Below are positions 63,401 to 64,000 of a stretch of DNA of 64,000 nt, in pieces (position 1 is the first letter of the stretch; the number at the start of each line of letters is the position of its first letter). Origin of the DNA: Candidatus Levyibacteriota bacterium. Lineage in GTDB: Bacteria > Patescibacteriota > Microgenomatia > Levybacterales > UBA12049. The stretch covers positions 4,301 to 68,300 of the forward strand of contig JAGOUW010000003.1 of NCBI GenBank assembly GCA_018061075.1, read 5' to 3'. The translations under genes and the position numbers were made by a program. The notes under the pieces are model-generated. The model searched no databases. It was not told the DNA's origin and was given only the letters and a program-made list of their open reading frames with translations.

Positions 63401-64000
63401 CTAGAGGCGGCGCAGGATCTACAAATGCCTGGAACTACATCAACGATGCAACAATTAATGATCTGAATATGGCCATCGGCCAACCTTTTGCCTATGTCCT
63501 CTCATCTGGAGCCGGTACTGTCTCCGCTCCTAACGCAGCGCTCTATGTTACGAATACTGAAAACTCTACCTGGACAAATATCCGCTTTTTTGGAATTTTA
63601 GTCGTTAGAAATTTTCAGGCAGCACTCAGCCTTACCTCACTTTTTAATAATAACACCATTACGAATCTTGAATCTTATGCCCTCTCGCCTTTTTTCCTAG
63701 GTGTTTCAAATGAAAACACAATCACAAACATTACTTATTCTGAGGATATGTTTAATGGATATAGAAATTTCACAACTGCAGCTAGAATCGGAATTGATCC
63801 AATTGCCGGAGCACATCTCCTAGATGACACTAAATACTATCTAAAGATCCGTACCTTCAAAGACTGGACTGATAGATCTTCAGCTTCATACACAGAAAGT
63901 CGTGTTTATTCTGCAACTCCTTATTTAGGATATAAATATCATCCTCAGTCTTTTTCAGCATATAATAGCGGTCCGAGAGCTGTTACACTTACCTGGGTCA
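60493..64000 (+). CDS. large (>1169 aa, 3-prime end outside the window) protein with two Asp-box-type beta-propellers and a beta-helix-like core; paralogue of 54129-57785
   Basis: Absent from the ORF track (open at the window edge). I translated 60493-61440 and 62041-63000 codon by codon without stops and read the remainder less rigorously. No other plus-strand ORF is listed across these 3.5 kb. It starts MASITVDRSINADD behind a GGAGGA SD. There are six blades at about 60655-61380 and seven at about 62083-62965. The blade pattern is W..(V/I).YG...FVAV......A.S.DG.(T/S)W. Confidence 0.7.
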   Translation, partial: MASITVDRSINADDAFAMSAGIAFVALPSGSATYQTQATGITTWVTATIVQSSAWQAVCYGNNLVVAVSSTSGTIAASSPAGATTTWTLRTMPATASWYAVKYGLDKFVATAGGGSTEGAYSPDGAKWTSTGALPVSGDWRALEFGGSRFVTVSYGSTDSAYSTNGTTWTAGGALPAARNWTDMVYGESTFVAIASGTDKGAYSTDGGVSWNEMTMPSSTNWRSITYGNGTFVAVSNTSGTIAASSPDGITWTPRTLPATAAWVGVAFGNNLFTAVSTSSTNAATSPDGFNWDAIAQLSQAVSCIAYTPTTWNSNDTLVITNNATVTVNTDQKKFWNAITLTNGKLHITNNSTSTGIRFTMGRVTGAAQAAITPGSGIGDIEITGNWIELGTGDGSSNQTMTAPFTDYIPCLWVETASGSGVYKVWLNITSAYGDTPPMVKNGLAAVSKDERGNFFVQQEASAPYGPTIINCTDGSRAQRLLTVTSTTGLFAGASVLSVSGIPVNTVVNRVVSSTQIEINNQTTTEISPDWSGVAYGNSTYVAISKGYSNIAATSSDGATWTKRTLPFVADWTSITYGSTSGLFVAVAAHGVYGTGYCATSTDGITWTQRAMPAVQSWTSVATNGTSYVAVGSTAADAATTIGAYSADGITWTASTMTSAIWRSVTYGAGAANRYVAVSSTTLSNWDADGTGTWTNGGAMTSANYLSIAWNGTRFYAVSGSSTVSMYSTNAVAWTTGAVLANTTSRGVAWDGTNFVIVSTTNSVNTSRTPDGSTAVTNTTMAAANANNWWAICANGSTLVAVSSSSNLRSAAMTSTDSGANWTLQTGTPMDVSLTCFNPYVSQLTNTVEFGDNINGNKVPTGAKVRCPNIMFTADTPANIQTSSRLVGANMVMSNGGALTASICLFDESYNSFLQAESVSLTNVGFSLPPLLQECYGVNLNSVGFALEPVRRYYQFSATVGANGWFSRDSRGGAGSTNAWNYINDATINDLNMAIGQPFAYVLSSGAGTVSAPNAALYVTNTENSTWTNIRFFGILVVRNFQAALSLTSLFNNNTITNLESYALSPFFLGVSNENTITNITYSEDMFNGYRNFTTAARIGIDPIAGAHLLDDTKYYLKIRTFKDWTDRSSASYTESRVYSATPYLGYKYHPQSFSAYNSGPRAVTLTWV

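Noticed and set aside
24916-64000. Prophage or tailocin interpretation of the tail-fibre-like, IMC-like and tailspike-like proteins.
   Set aside because: There is no terminase, portal, capsid, sheath, tube or baseplate gene, and no integrase catalytic domain in the window. The giant has a TM anchor, and the genes are interspersed with housekeeping genes (rho, tRNA-Ala). A phage origin of the domains is likely, but these are not virion genes in their present context.
1-64000. CRISPR arrays, rRNA genes, tmRNA, RNase P or SRP RNA.
   Set aside because: No regularly spaced short direct repeats with unique spacers were seen. All periodic repeats lie inside ORFs and are in frame. No rRNA-like or GC-rich structured RNA segments were recognised by eye in the intergenic regions. 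A covariance-model scan would be needed to be certain.

Overview
This is an AT-rich bacterial chromosomal segment with about 48 protein genes and 2 tRNAs. I found no rRNA, no CRISPR array and no intact prophage or IS element. Recognisable housekeeping genes are mreB, ndk, argS, leuS, rho, an M16 peptidase, a DsbA-like oxidoreductase, a LysM/M23 peptidase and comEA/comEC. There is also a sortase and a glycosyltransferase/TagA envelope operon. Several traits together suggest a reduced, possibly episymbiotic lineage such as Candidate Phyla Radiation/Patescibacteria. These traits are sparse metabolism, receiver-only response regulators, a split ComEC, many leaderless promoters and very large surface proteins. 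The lineage call is inference, not a measured result. About 22.5 kb of the 64 kb is taken up by four very large repeat-rich proteins: 24916-33738 (2940 aa), 42158-48649 (2163 aa), 54129-57785 (1218 aa) and 60493->64000 (>1169 aa, missing from the ORF track because it runs off the window). The best candidates for something undescribed are three loci. (1) The 21.4-35.9 kb locus holds a membrane-anchored tail-fibre-like giant whose cytoplasmic N-terminus carries two integrase-type SAM-like domains. It is flanked by three small surface proteins and an O-antigen-ligase/TPR protein. (2) The 52.6-64 kb locus holds two paralogous beta-helix proteins with no signal peptide and different inserted repeat modules. 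They bracket a histidine kinase plus two CheY-like receivers and sit downstream of a RAYT-type HUH protein and a TPR protein. (3) The LamG/DUF2341 giant sits next to a 900-bp ORF-poor, hairpin-rich gap. All domain calls come from reading motifs in the translations. No database search was run.
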